DNA of 64,000 bases from a virus (lineage: Duplodnaviria > Caudoviricetes). The stretch covers positions 466 to 64,465 of IMG/VR virus record IMGVR_UViG_2675903370_000001; one strand, 5' to 3'. This document shows, piece by piece, positions 27,053 to 36,469 of this stretch (position 1 is its first letter; the number at the start of each line of letters is the position of its first letter). Under the pieces are notes generated by a model. It saw only the letters and a program-made list of their open reading frames with translations. It did no database searches and was not told where the DNA came from. Made by a program: the position numbers and the translations under genes.

Positions 27053-27961
27053 CTAAGCGGCTTCCGATTGCAAAAGTCGATCCGCAGCCTCATCAGGGGA
27101 CTGGACCGCTTGAACACGAAGCTCATGTTTGTCTCCTGCCTCTTCCAACGCCTCAATGGAGCGACGCAAGGAGTCTATCTGGCGCTCACTGTACGTTGGG
27201 TCGTCAAAAGCAGGCCTGAAGACCACAAGCTCAAAATGAGCCCTCGGGAAGAGCTTGTCGTCTCGATCTCTAACCACCAGCAAATCAAGAAGGCGCGCTT
27301 TGTTTCTTTCGAACATGCCCGACAGCGCCGAGCCCGGTATTAGCTTTCCGGTATTGATTGCAGCCCGCTCGCTCAAGTAAAAGATTTTCGCAGGACGGGC
27401 CTTTTCCGACACCTCAAATGTTCTATTGAAGTAGCCAGAAAGCCGTGCATCTCTGTCAACAACTGCTGATTCAAAAAGTTTCGGCCACGGATCCCGATTC
27501 GAGCCAGAGCCGATATCCATGCCATCAGTTAAGTCCTCTAAATCGTTTTCGGAGTCGGAAAAGTCTAGCGCCGCCAAGCTAGCTGTCATGGATACGGCTT
27601 GACGTAGTAAACCGACTAGATCGATTGATGAGGTTTCTCTAACCCTTCCTAGGCTGACTCCGGACATAGGAGATATCCACCCATCAAAGCTAGATCTGTG
27701 CTGAAGGTGATGCTGAAGGCTTGAGCAGATGAGGCCAATCATTTTAGCCATTCCTGCCGCCTGAGCCCCAAACATCGCCTCAATTACGTGCGGACGGATA
27801 GCAGGTGATACTCGGCATTCACCATTTACACCTATGGCTGCTACGGCAACAGTGAGCCGCTCTCCGGAAGCCATCATTGGCTCCAAATAAACCGAAGCCC
27901 AGCTACCTTGGAAAGAAGGTGCTGCCGGAACTGCTTTGAGGAGGGCCTCAAAATTGATCAT
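27053..27961 (-). CDS. Kinase partner protein (DUF3037-like N-terminus)
   Basis: YLEPMMASGERLTVAVAA motif; ATGA overlap with kinase stop at 27958-27961. Confidence 0.7.
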   Translation of the reverse strand: MINFEALLKAVPAAPSFQGSWASVYLEPMMASGERLTVAVAAIGVNGECRVSPAIRPHVIEAMFGAQAAGMAKMIGLICSSLQHHLQHRSSFDGWISPMSGVSLGRVRETSSIDLVGLLRQAVSMTASLAALDFSDSENDLEDLTDGMDIGSGSNRDPWPKLFESAVVDRDARLSGYFNRTFEVSEKARPAKIFYLSERAAINTGKLIPGSALSGMFERNKARLLDLLVVRDRDDKLFPRAHFELVVFRPAFDDPTYSERQIDSLRRSIEALEEAGDKHELRVQAVQSPDEAADRLLQSEAA

Positions 27962-28707
27962 AATTTCAGCCTCCCTTGTGCAGTTGGCTTGATTTTGTGA
28001 TGGAGCATTTCGCCCAGGCTGGAGATTCGCTCTTTCAGAAAGGATATCAGTTGATTTTGAGTTTTGGACTCGAAGTGGTCGAAAATACATGTCTCCGCCT
28101 GATCGACAGCCGGTTGAGACTTGCGTTCGGCCCATTCGGCTGCTCGTCGCGCCGCTCTCTCAGTGGACAAGTCGTCCCTACAGACGCTTATCGCGAGGTC
28201 GAGAAAGCGGTTGGCATAGTAGTCATCCGACGAATCGGAAGGACGCATTCCAGATGGCAGACACAGCCCATGGTCAATCAATAGAAACCCTTGTCCGTTA
28301 AAAAGAATATTACCGTCGTGCCGGTCAGGATTGGCTATAAGCTCATCAAAGCACGCTGCAGCTAGTAGCTCAGGCCACCGTTCAAGCTCATCCAGAATCG
28401 AATTGTCCTGCGAGCTGACAAATTTTGAGATATTTGGATGTCCTGTATCGGCGCTTCCAAAGTGCCATTCATTAGAAGAGTCAAGCAGAAGCAGGGGTTC
28501 CGGGATGGGGAGGCCTGCTGACCTACCTAGAGCCGCGCAAACAACCTCGACTGCCATTTCTCGGTTTGAGATCCTCTTTGCGATGACTGCCACTTCGCCC
28601 GCCACGGTGGCAGCAATACCCCGCCATGGCTGATTTGCGCCTTCGCCTACAAGTTGACCGCCTGGTAGCAATCGCCCAATACGAATTTGAACTGGTTCTT
28701 CTTGCAT
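27958..28707 (-). CDS. HipA-like (PI3/4-kinase fold) protein kinase
   Basis: Gly-rich GEGANQP, IAK lysine, FDELIANPDRHDGNIL catalytic loop, LIDHG. Confidence 0.88.
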   Translation of the reverse strand: MQEEPVQIRIGRLLPGGQLVGEGANQPWRGIAATVAGEVAVIAKRISNREMAVEVVCAALGRSAGLPIPEPLLLLDSSNEWHFGSADTGHPNISKFVSSQDNSILDELERWPELLAAACFDELIANPDRHDGNILFNGQGFLLIDHGLCLPSGMRPSDSSDDYYANRFLDLAISVCRDDLSTERAARRAAEWAERKSQPAVDQAETCIFDHFESKTQNQLISFLKERISSLGEMLHHKIKPTAQGRLKL

Positions 28708-28901
28708 AAAATCCCTGTTCAGCTGCTACGTCCATGGAGTAGTTGGGTCGCAGGCCTTCAATTAATCTGGTGGTTAAAGGGGCTTGGTCCGCGTCATCAG
28801 ACCATCCTTCGCTTCCTCGTCATGCCCAGCCAGCTTGTCCTCGCCGGCATGCAACGCTGTGCTCATCTTCAGATCGGCCCCTGCGCCGGCTTCCGTAGGG
28901 C

Positions 28902-29063
28902 TCAGTCGTTACACATAGTGATGAGAATGGCAAGCTCAAGCGTCACTACGATTATGCATATGATGACGAAGCCGGGCGAAAATACTCGCTTGCGCATGGG
29001 AGGGCCCGGCCATACCGTCAGGAATTGTCCGATCGCCGCGAGCAGATCAAAAAGCGTCGACAT
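28902..29063 (-). CDS. 53-aa membrane peptide between cI and kinase (not in ORF track)
   Basis: MSTLFDLLAAIGQFLTVWPGPPMRKRVFSPGFVIICIIVVTLELAILITMCND. Confidence 0.45.
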   Translation of the reverse strand: MSTLFDLLAAIGQFLTVWPGPPMRKRVFSPGFVIICIIVVTLELAILITMCND

Positions 29064-29125
29064 CAGAGCTTACCCAATAAATAGCCGTTCGCAGGCCGCA
29101 ACTCGCGATATGGAAGAGTGACAGG

Positions 29126-29788
29126 TCAATCGAATTTCGTCAGCGCTCTGACCACCACACCTATGATCCTGCAGTCTTCGGTGCATTGCACCATAGGGTA
29201 GGCCGAGTTAAGTGGCTTCAAGTATCTGACGCCTCCATCCTCCACCAGCTTCTTGAATGTCGCCTCGTTGCTGCCAGCCAGCTTCGCGATCACCAACTTG
29301 CCTGGGCGTACGTCTGCACGGGTGTCCACAAGGATCTGCGAGCCCTCTGGAATCGAAGGGGCAGTAGGCGCCGTCATAGAGTCCCCTTTGACCTCCAGCC
29401 AGAACGCAGGGCCCTTGGCCTTGTAGTCAGACACGTCGTAGTCATCAGAAGCACCTGGCGCGTAAGGCTCAACCGCCTCGGACCACTCGCCAGCCGCGAC
29501 CCAGCTCACCAGAGGGTATCGGTACATGCGGGTCGGCTGCTCAGCCATGGATACGTTGGAGGGTTCGTTAGACGTGATGACTGCTGTCATGTCGCCTTTT
29601 CCGTCCGAAAGCCACAGTGCATTCACGCCGCAGACGTCGGCGATCTTCGCCACATGCGCAGTTGCTTTGGATTTTCCACGCTCCAAGTCGGAAATAGATG
29701 TCTGCGTGATGCCAGCGCGGACTGCCAATTCTGCTTGATTGAGCTTTGCGTGCTGCCTTGCGGCCTTTAATCGGTCTTTAAATTCCAT
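29126..29788 (-). CDS. cI: CI-like repressor (HTH + S24 autopeptidase), probably leaderless
   Basis: RLKAARQHAKLNQAELA HTH; VAAG cleavage site, GDSM serine, TFKKL lysine. Confidence 0.95.
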   Translation of the reverse strand: MEFKDRLKAARQHAKLNQAELAVRAGITQTSISDLERGKSKATAHVAKIADVCGVNALWLSDGKGDMTAVITSNEPSNVSMAEQPTRMYRYPLVSWVAAGEWSEAVEPYAPGASDDYDVSDYKAKGPAFWLEVKGDSMTAPTAPSIPEGSQILVDTRADVRPGKLVIAKLAGSNEATFKKLVEDGGVRYLKPLNSAYPMVQCTEDCRIIGVVVRALTKFD

Positions 29789-29794
29789 CCGCTG

Positions 29795-29862
29795 AGTATT
29801 ACGGGCGCTCCCATATCCTTGCAAATCGGTGTTCCCATAATCTAGTATATGGGTATTCCCGT
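29795..29862. promoter_or_regulatory. OR1-3 operators with divergent pR/pRM
   Basis: ACGGGCGCTCCCAT 29801, ATCGGTGTTCCCAT 29825, ATGGGTATTCCCGT 29849 at 24-bp spacing; palindromic TTGCAA 29819-29824 could serve as -35 in both directions. Confidence 0.85.
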
Positions 29863-29875
29863 ATGGAGGGGCAGC

Positions 29876-30091
29876 ATGAACAGTATTTACAAGGACCTCG
29901 TTGCCTTCTTCGGCACCCAGGAGGCCACAGCTGAAAAGCTCAAAGTTGATCAAAGCACCGTTTCCGGATGGGTTCGGGAAAAGCATGGGATGTCTCCAGT
30001 AATTGCCAAGCGCGCGGAGGCTTTGACCGGAGGTGCTTTCAAAAAAGAGTCCCTTTGCCCGTCGTTTCCCTGGGCCGAAATGGCTGCTTAA
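29876..30091 (+). CDS. cro: Cro-like HTH protein
   Basis: FGTQEATAEKLKVDQSTVSGW; divergent from cI. Confidence 0.9.
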   Translation: MNSIYKDLVAFFGTQEATAEKLKVDQSTVSGWVREKHGMSPVIAKRAEALTGGAFKKESLCPSFPWAEMAA

Positions 30092-30173
30092 AAGACCGTC
30101 CCGCCGCTTCGGTGAATTGATATTGCCCAGCTTTAACGCGGGACACCACGGAAACAGAACAGAGGTTTTACGA

Positions 30174-30596
30174 ATGGAAAATTTCTTGCGGTCCTGCCAG
30201 AGCGCAGTACTCGAAAACGAGGCCAAGAGCCTGGCAGCGAAAATGGGAGTCGCTCACGTGAGCCTGCTCCAGCGCGCCAACCCAGACAACGATGCTCATC
30301 ACCTGACCATTGAGCATCTATTCGGGATTCTGCTGCACACGAATGATATGCGGCCGCTTAAGGAGCTTGCTGACGAGTTCGGCTGCGATGTCGTTGAGCG
30401 CCAGCGCCCAGCGCCTAAACCTCTGCTTGCGGCCTTGGCACATCTCGCCGCCGAGTCGGGTGACGTAAAGCGCCTGGTCTACGACGCCACTATCGACAAC
30501 CACATCAGCCAGCACGAAAAAGCCCAGGGCGACAAAGCCATTCAAGAAGCGATCGACGCGCTTCAGGTGCTTCGCGAATCGCTGAAGGCTGCTTGA
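30174..30596 (+). CDS. CII-like regulatory protein
   Basis: LAAKMGV....L...ANPDNDAHHLT; position after cro. Confidence 0.75.
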   Translation: MENFLRSCQSAVLENEAKSLAAKMGVAHVSLLQRANPDNDAHHLTIEHLFGILLHTNDMRPLKELADEFGCDVVERQRPAPKPLLAALAHLAAESGDVKRLVYDATIDNHISQHEKAQGDKAIQEAIDALQVLRESLKAA

Positions 30597-30629
30597 TGAG
30601 CCGGACCAAAAAGGTCGGGAAGTCCTGAT

Positions 30630-31607
30630 ATGCAGTACACCGTCACGATCAATCAGGTGAAGGCGTTGGAGTGGGGGCTGAATTCTCAGCAGGCCCTACT
30701 GTTTGCCTTCGTTTACGGGTGCCCCAGCTGGACCAAGCCAATCAAGACCGATGGCGGGATTTTCTTTGCGCTGAGCAAAGCGAAGATCATCGAGGAGCTT
30801 CCGCTACTCACTGACAAGCCTGATACCGCTTACCGCATGCTGAAGGCTCTGGAGGAGGCCGGTTTGATTGAGCTTTCTAGCACTTCAAATATCACGCTTT
30901 TTCGTCTGACAGCCAGGGCCGTCGAGTGGAATCAGAAGCTCGACGGGTCGGAAAAATATCCGACCCTACCAGACGGCAAGGCTCGGAAAAAAATCCGAGC
31001 AACCTCGGAGAAAAATCCGATCAAGGTCGGAAAAAAATCCGGGCAAGGGTCGGAAAAATCTCCGACAAATCAGGATACAAGTAATCAGGATACCAATCAG
31101 GGTACAGGTCAGGACTTGCAAGACCCTCCCGGCGAGCCGGGTCAGTCCTGCGGTTTGGCAGTGGTTGACGATCGCGCCGACACTCCACGAGTTGAGATTC
31201 CGGCCGATATGCCTGGGCCGAAAGATCGAACCTGCAAAACCTTCAAGGTCTGGGCGAACTACGCCATGGCCTACCGCAAGCGTTACAGCGCCTGGCCGGT
31301 TTGGAATGCCAAGGTCGGCGGCCAGCTCGGTCAACTGGTCGACCGTCTCGGCGCTGATGTCGCTCACCACGTAGCTGCCCACTTCCTGAAGACCAGCGAT
31401 GCCGCCGTTCTGCGCAAATGTCACAGCCTCAACGAGCTGCTGGCGAACGCGGAGAGTTATCACACCCAGTGGGTAACCGGTCAGCGCGTTAACGGCACAA
31501 CTGCGCGCCAGATGGAAAGGACCGAGGCGAATCTATCCGCAGCGGAGCAGGCCGCCCAGATGGTTCTGGCCAAACGCCAAGCAGGTGACCGCAATGAATA
31601 CCTCTGA
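30630..31607 (+). CDS. Replication initiator (O-like)
   Basis: N-terminal winged-helix-like region, internal iterons, position. Confidence 0.85.
   Translation: MQYTVTINQVKALEWGLNSQQALLFAFVYGCPSWTKPIKTDGGIFFALSKAKIIEELPLLTDKPDTAYRMLKALEEAGLIELSSTSNITLFRLTARAVEWNQKLDGSEKYPTLPDGKARKKIRATSEKNPIKVGKKSGQGSEKSPTNQDTSNQDTNQGTGQDLQDPPGEPGQSCGLAVVDDRADTPRVEIPADMPGPKDRTCKTFKVWANYAMAYRKRYSAWPVWNAKVGGQLGQLVDRLGADVAHHVAAHFLKTSDAAVLRKCHSLNELLANAESYHTQWVTGQRVNGTTARQMERTEANLSAAEQAAQMVLAKRQAGDRNEYL
30948..31108. repeat. Phage replication origin: five 16-bp iterons plus three AATCAGG(A/G)TAC repeats
   Basis: TCGGA-N6-TCCG(A/G) at 30948, 30983, 31005, 31027, 31050. Confidence 0.88.
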
Positions 31608-32391
31608 AATGAACGATCAGCAGGTTGCAGGACTGGCGGCCGCCATCTGCGCAACCGCTGAAGCCATGGGTCAGGAAATGAACCCCGGCACGGCAGCGAT
31701 CATGGCCGAAGACCTGTGTGCTTACTCGGTCCCGATCGTCAAAGCCGCGCTGAAGGCCTGCCGTTTCGAAGTGAAGGGAAAGTTGGCCATGGCTGACATC
31801 CTCCAGCGCGTCCAGTCTTCCGATGGCCGCCCAGGCAAGGACGAGGCATGGGCTATCGCCATGACCACCAACGACGAGTACGAGACTGTCGTGCTCACCG
31901 ACGAGATCCACCTCGCTCTGGCTGCCGCAAAACCCGTCTTGGATGCCGGAGACAAGATCGGCGCGCGCATGGCCTTCATCAGCGCTTACGAACGACTGGT
32001 GGCTCAGGTCCGCAATGATCAAAAGGCCGTCAGTTGGCGGGTTTCAGTCGGCTTCGACGCCAATCGCCGTGTCGAGGCCATCACCAAAGCCGTGCAGATG
32101 CAGCGCATCCCGCAAGAGCGCGGGCAGTTGTACCTGGCCGATTTGAACGTGGTGCCCGTCACGCAGGACGGCCAGGCCATTGCTGGCTTGATCACCGGCC
32201 AGGTTGCCAACCCAAGTCCAGACGTCCGCGAAAAACTTCAGGCGGTGAGAGACAGCATGCGCGAAATGAGCAAGGCCTCGGCCAAGCGCAGGGACGAATT
32301 GAAGATCAAGGCCGCCAATGATTTGGCCGACCGCCTCGCGCTGCTCCAGCAGCAGGCCGAGGAATTGCAATTGGAGAGGGCGGGGCAATGA
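31585..32391 (+). CDS. Replication protein in P (helicase loader) position
   Basis: Overlaps O-like stop; DGRPGKDEAWA motif. Confidence 0.7.
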   Translation: MTAMNTSEMNDQQVAGLAAAICATAEAMGQEMNPGTAAIMAEDLCAYSVPIVKAALKACRFEVKGKLAMADILQRVQSSDGRPGKDEAWAIAMTTNDEYETVVLTDEIHLALAAAKPVLDAGDKIGARMAFISAYERLVAQVRNDQKAVSWRVSVGFDANRRVEAITKAVQMQRIPQERGQLYLADLNVVPVTQDGQAIAGLITGQVANPSPDVREKLQAVRDSMREMSKASAKRRDELKIKAANDLADRLALLQQQAEELQLERAGQ

Positions 32392-32669
32392 GCAACGACA
32401 AGAAGCGTGGCGAGCTGCTCACAGCATTTGAGGCACACAAGAGCCGGATCGCAGCAGCCATGATCAGCGGCGGTGAAGGGGCTCGCGTCCGTCAGGTGCT
32501 TGAGCGAGTCAGCCTTTCTGATTTTGAAGCCGGCTGGCAGGCCTCCCGCGAGGCGCTGGTGATTGAGCTGCCCGAGCACTACCAGTACGACCACCCCGGC
32601 GAAGCATTCCATGCCATCAAAGATTGCCGCGAAGCCATCGAAGCCGCTGGCGTGAAGGTGACGCAATGA
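32388..32669 (+). CDS. Nin-region hypothetical protein
   Basis: WQASREALVIELP...AIEAAGVKV. Confidence 0.7.
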   Translation: MSNDKKRGELLTAFEAHKSRIAAAMISGGEGARVRQVLERVSLSDFEAGWQASREALVIELPEHYQYDHPGEAFHAIKDCREAIEAAGVKVTQ

Positions 32670-32759
32670 TCCTTACCTGGGAGCAACTCCGAACCCTGCT
32701 CAACACCACAACAGTTCTGTCCAATGGGCGCGGTGGGTATTCGTTCTTGGAGGCGCGCC

Positions 32760-33158
32760 ATGACTGAGTTCGCCATTCGCAGTACTCGGGATCTCAACCG
32801 CCTGTACGGTGCACTTCACGCCATCGACCTGACCAAGCCGAAGGTTGTTGTCATCAAGGATGAGAAGCGTCCTGACGTCCTCAACCGCAAGATGTGGGCA
32901 ATGCTCCGCGACGTATCCGAGCAGGTCGAGTGGTACGGCAAGAAACTCACCGATGAGAACTGGAAGTGCCTGTTCAGCGCATCGGTCGAGAAGCAGCGCG
33001 CAGAGCCTGGGCTCGATGGCGGATTCGTCGTCATGGCCACCTCGACCCGCAAGCAGTCTGCCAAGTGGTTCAGCGATCTGTTCGAGGTCATCCACGCGTT
33101 CGGCGCTGAGCGCGGCGTCCGCTGGACCGAGGCGGACAGGTGGGGAGGGCGTTACTGA
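32760..33158 (+). CDS. ninB: NinB/Orf recombination mediator
   Basis: NRKMWAMLRDVSEQVEW, WK.LF, PGLDGGFV, AFGAERGVRW. Confidence 0.9.
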   Translation: MTEFAIRSTRDLNRLYGALHAIDLTKPKVVVIKDEKRPDVLNRKMWAMLRDVSEQVEWYGKKLTDENWKCLFSASVEKQRAEPGLDGGFVVMATSTRKQSAKWFSDLFEVIHAFGAERGVRWTEADRWGGRY

Positions 33159-33742
33159 TGCTCAAGACCATCAAGGAGCGCAAAAAGAGGGCCTGCGACA
33201 ATCCTGCCTGCGATATCCAGTTTGTGCCTGCTCAGCTCGGTCAGAAAGTCTGTGGCTGGGCATGCGGCCTGGCCATCGCTCCGGCGAATCAGGATAGGGC
33301 GCGCAAGGCTATTGCGCAGCGCGAGCGATCTGAGCTCAAAGCTCGCAAGGAGAAACTGAAGTCCCGCAGCGACCACATTAAGGATACCCAACAAGCTTTC
33401 AACGAGTGGGTCCGTCATCGCGACATGGGCGAGCCATGCGTGAGCTGCGGACGGCATCACAACGGCCAGTGGCACGCCGGGCACTACCGTTCCGTCGGTG
33501 GACACCCGGCCCTCAGATTCGAACCGCTCAACGTATGGCGACAGTGCGCGCCGTGCAACACGCACAAGTCCGGCGACCTGGTGAATTACCGGGCTGAACT
33601 GGTGCGCCGCATAGGTATCGTCAACGTGGAATGGCTCGAAGGCCCTCATGAGCCTCAGAAGTACACCATCGAAGAATTGAAAGCCCTGACAGCCAAGTAC
33701 CGGGCACTGACCAGAGAATTGAAGAAAGGAGAAGCGGCATGA
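33158..33742 (+). CDS. ninG: NinG/Rap structure-specific endonuclease
   Basis: PCVSCG, HAGHYRSVG, LRF...N...QC..CN. Confidence 0.92.
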   Translation: MLKTIKERKKRACDNPACDIQFVPAQLGQKVCGWACGLAIAPANQDRARKAIAQRERSELKARKEKLKSRSDHIKDTQQAFNEWVRHRDMGEPCVSCGRHHNGQWHAGHYRSVGGHPALRFEPLNVWRQCAPCNTHKSGDLVNYRAELVRRIGIVNVEWLEGPHEPQKYTIEELKALTAKYRALTRELKKGEAA

Positions 33743-34422
33743 TGTATCGGAACGTTGTAGCAGCGGTGGTCCGGGCTCTGGCCGCGGAAACCATCAATTC
33801 GGCTGGCGGCTGTGATTTCGAGCCGAAGGTGCAGTGCGCCAAGCCGAAGGGGGAGATCACAGGCAAGGAGGCGGCGCTCCTTGCTGACAGCATCGTCCAT
33901 AGACTGCTGCACGCCCAGCTCAGCCCACGGCAGTGGAACGCGCTGGTGGCCAAGTACAGTACCCACAAGGGGCGCAAGATCGATTCTATTGGCCGTCTCG
34001 TTTCCGTGGTGAAGAGTTCGGCCCCGCAGCGGTTCACACAGCAGGCCGTACTGGTCTGGGCGGTGCCGCAGCAGTCGAAGGGAGTCCAGCGCCAAGTGCG
34101 GGAGGTTGCAGCACCGGAGGCGCGCATAGATGAGGATGGCACCGGTAAGTGGGATTGGCGTAACAATGCAGCACAGGACGCAGCAGAGCGCGCCAACCGG
34201 CATGCCAGTTCCATCGCTGAAACCCGGTCCGGTGAAATGATCGTGCTGGCTGCGTCCAACTACGACATGACTAACTGGGACAGCCAGGGCCTGACCGAGC
34301 GCACTTACCAGCGCTGGAACAAGGCAATCAGGGATGGACTGGAAGGCATCGTGAACGAGGCGCTGACAGAGGCTCAGCACCTCCTTGAGCTGGCTGGAGT
34401 GCTGGAAAACGAGGCGGCCTGA
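33739..34422 (+). CDS. Probable late antiterminator (Q position)
   Basis: Follows ninG, precedes pR'-like promoter; C-terminal ERTYQRW HTH-like motif. Confidence 0.65.
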   Translation: MMYRNVVAAVVRALAAETINSAGGCDFEPKVQCAKPKGEITGKEAALLADSIVHRLLHAQLSPRQWNALVAKYSTHKGRKIDSIGRLVSVVKSSAPQRFTQQAVLVWAVPQQSKGVQRQVREVAAPEARIDEDGTGKWDWRNNAAQDAAERANRHASSIAETRSGEMIVLAASNYDMTNWDSQGLTERTYQRWNKAIRDGLEGIVNEALTEAQHLLELAGVLENEAA

Positions 34423-34441
34423 AATAGTCCATCAAAAGTGC

Positions 34442-34471
34442 TTGCAATATCATGTCGCCATGTCGCATTAT
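34442..34471 (+). promoter_or_regulatory. pR'-like late promoter with tandem repeat (candidate Q-binding element)
   Basis: TTGCAA-18 bp-CATTAT with CATGTCGC x2 at 34451-34466. Confidence 0.6.
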
Positions 34472-34664
34472 TAACCCATCCTGTCATTTCTACGTGTGTA
34501 GGAGTGATGACCGAGCGATAAGCTGCAATTTAAGTGTAAGCGGCGGGATCACAGGCGAGTTGTTGATGTATGGCGGGCTGGTATGGGTAGTTTTAATGTG
34601 GTTCCTACAAGCTTTAGTCGACACACCAAATACACAACAATGCGGACACGAAGGAGGAAGGCGT

Positions 34665-34769
34665 ATGAAGAAAGTTATGTGTAAAACTGTGGTAAATTTC
34701 ATGGCAAATGCATCAACAGCCTTGTACGTCAACAACCTGCCTGCCCTAACCATTCGAGTTCGTCGATAG
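34665..34769 (+). CDS. 34-aa peptide in late leader
   Basis: AAGGAGG RBS; MKKVMCKTVVNFMANASTALYVNNLPALTIRVRR. Confidence 0.45.
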   Translation: MKKVMCKTVVNFMANASTALYVNNLPALTIRVRR

Positions 34770-34829
34770 CCAGCTATTGAAGATGCTCAACAGGTAACAC
34801 CGTGCTCTCTGTCCGGCACAACCAAATCT

Positions 34830-34863
34830 AAACCCGCCAGGTAGCACTGTGCGGGTTTTTTTT
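34830..34863 (+). terminator. Intrinsic terminator (tR'-like)
   Basis: AACCCGC...GCGGGTTTTTTTT. Confidence 0.65.
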
Positions 34864-34884
34864 GCCAACTATTCGGAGGTCACT

Positions 34885-35076
34885 ATGAAAAGCGAATACC
34901 GCCAAGCTGTTGAGTCGGTCATTGCGCAAGAGGCGAAGCTCGCTGAAGTTACCGTCCTGCACGCTGAAGCAGCTGCCAAAACAGGACGGTTAGCTGAGGC
35001 GCTAAAATTCAACCAAGAGTCCTTGGCTCGACATGAGAGTAGAGTCTCGGAACTAGAAAAAGAGATGTCTCTTTAG
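34885..35076 (+). CDS. Small coiled-coil protein
   Basis: GGAGGT RBS. Confidence 0.55.
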   Translation: MKSEYRQAVESVIAQEAKLAEVTVLHAEAAAKTGRLAEALKFNQESLARHESRVSELEKEMSL

Positions 35077-35372
35077 AATCCGACCCCTCTCTCCAGAAGG
35101 GACGGGTATTCGACCTCGCCTTTTGTAGCCTTCACTCTATTCTTCGTGTCTACGATGAGCATTAGATCCTTACTCGCATCAAAATCAGTTTCCAAGTACA
35201 GGCGACTGCAGAGACTATCGGCGCTTTCATTGGCTTCCAATGCATAGAAGGAAGACGTCTCCGCCCAAGGATGTATTGTTGCTATCTCGACGACTTTCTT
35301 CACAAATGAATCATATCGGCTTTGATATGTTGAGTCGGCCCTGAATCTGAACGTAATAACAAAGTTTGCCAT
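35073..35372 (-). CDS. Counter-oriented cargo protein, possibly ferredoxin-like alpha/beta fold
   Basis: AT-richer 99-aa ORF with alternating beta/alpha pattern. Confidence 0.65.
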   Translation of the reverse strand: MANFVITFRFRADSTYQSRYDSFVKKVVEIATIHPWAETSSFYALEANESADSLCSRLYLETDFDASKDLMLIVDTKNRVKATKGEVEYPSLLERGVGF

Positions 35373-35462
35373 GGTTCCGTCCGTCGTCTATCTGTGGGAA
35401 TTAAGACGATAGCATGGACCAATTCTCTCGCAAGCAACCGAGCTTTTTATCCCGGAGTTAAA

Positions 35463-35834
35463 ATGGACCCAACCGACCTCGGCCCAGGCACAGCTACCTG
35501 GCTGGGCGGTACGGGCACAATCTTGCTGGGTGGCTTCCTGTGGTTGAGGAAATTCCTCTCCCGGGATGCGACCGACCGCGCCATGGACAACGCCGATATA
35601 GGTACTGTCCGCAGACTGAACGAACTGCTCGACTCTGAGCGCCTTGCCCGCAAAGAGGCCGAGGCCCGATCTGACCAGTTCGCCAAAGAGCGCAACGAAC
35701 TCGCTGCTGCTGTCGGTCGGATGGAGGGGAAGATCGAAGCCCTGACCAGCCAGATCACTCAACTTACTGACAAGGTCACATCGCAGAGCGCAGAGATTGC
35801 CCGCCTGCGTACCAAGTTGGGAGGGCTCAACTGA
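35463..35834 (+). CDS. Putative holin/lysis membrane protein
   Basis: Single N-terminal TM helix plus coiled coil; early gene of late operon. Confidence 0.55.
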   Translation: MDPTDLGPGTATWLGGTGTILLGGFLWLRKFLSRDATDRAMDNADIGTVRRLNELLDSERLARKEAEARSDQFAKERNELAAAVGRMEGKIEALTSQITQLTDKVTSQSAEIARLRTKLGGLN

Positions 35835-36172
35835 TGGAAAGATGCGTCAGAGATTTCATCGCCCGGCGCTGGTGGCGTCGGGTAGAGGTGTGGGTGATCG
35901 CCTCGCTGCTGGTCACTGGCTCGTTCGCGCTGGGCTTCGGTGCTTCGCAATGGTCGCTGGCAAGCTGGTACAGCGCCCAGGTCGCCGAAGTACGCCGGGG
36001 TTATGACGAGGCTACCGTGCAGCGCGACATGCGCCTGAACAAGTTGGCCAAGACCGCGACCGATGCAGCAGGGAAGGTTGAGGACGCAGCCGGCAAGGCC
36101 ACCAAGGCGGCAGAGACAGCCAGCAAAGCAGCAGACAAGGTCAACGAGGCGGTAGAGCGGCAGACGCCGTAG
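35834..36172 (+). CDS. Membrane protein coupled to putative holin
   Basis: TGATG overlap, TM helix, Ala-rich tail. Confidence 0.7.
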   Translation: MERCVRDFIARRWWRRVEVWVIASLLVTGSFALGFGASQWSLASWYSAQVAEVRRGYDEATVQRDMRLNKLAKTATDAAGKVEDAAGKATKAAETASKAADKVNEAVERQTP

Positions 36173-36211
36173 CGCGCCACAGATTCAGACACTGCCATTT
36201 CGTGGCGCGGA

Positions 36212-36469
36212 GTGGCCATGCCCAATACCACCTTCCATAGTGCCGGTGACGGACGTGGTAGCAGAGCTGTTTTCGTAAATGGCAACGAGATCAAACACGT
36301 TCTTTGGTGCGATACCGCCATCGGAATTGTGGTCTTCGTACCTCAGCCCATGAGAGTAAAGCGCAATGCCCGCGACGTGGTTTACACAAGGCGCCTGCGC
36401 GGCCAAGTCAGGGTTTTCTATAACGGCGGCGTCACCCGGCCACAAATCTTTCCCGAAGATCCTTCTTGA
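36212..36469 (+). CDS. Phage hypothetical protein
   Basis: VFVNGNEIKHVLWCDT..G.V. Confidence 0.6.
   Translation: MAMPNTTFHSAGDGRGSRAVFVNGNEIKHVLWCDTAIGIVVFVPQPMRVKRNARDVVYTRRLRGQVRVFYNGGVTRPQIFPEDPS

Noticed and set aside
29789-30226. 366-aa extended repressor in the ORF track
   Set aside because: The extension overlaps operators and cro; the HTH begins at ATG 29788.
30948-31065. Short repeat array as CRISPR or novel element
   Set aside because: Mostly 22-23 bp period inside an O-like gene is the ordinary lambdoid origin iteron pattern.
24220-34422. Many proteins ending in -AA as a coordinated degron programme
   Set aside because: Common in lambdoid operons and partly explained by GAGGCGGCATGA-type RBS/stop overlaps; not distinctive here.
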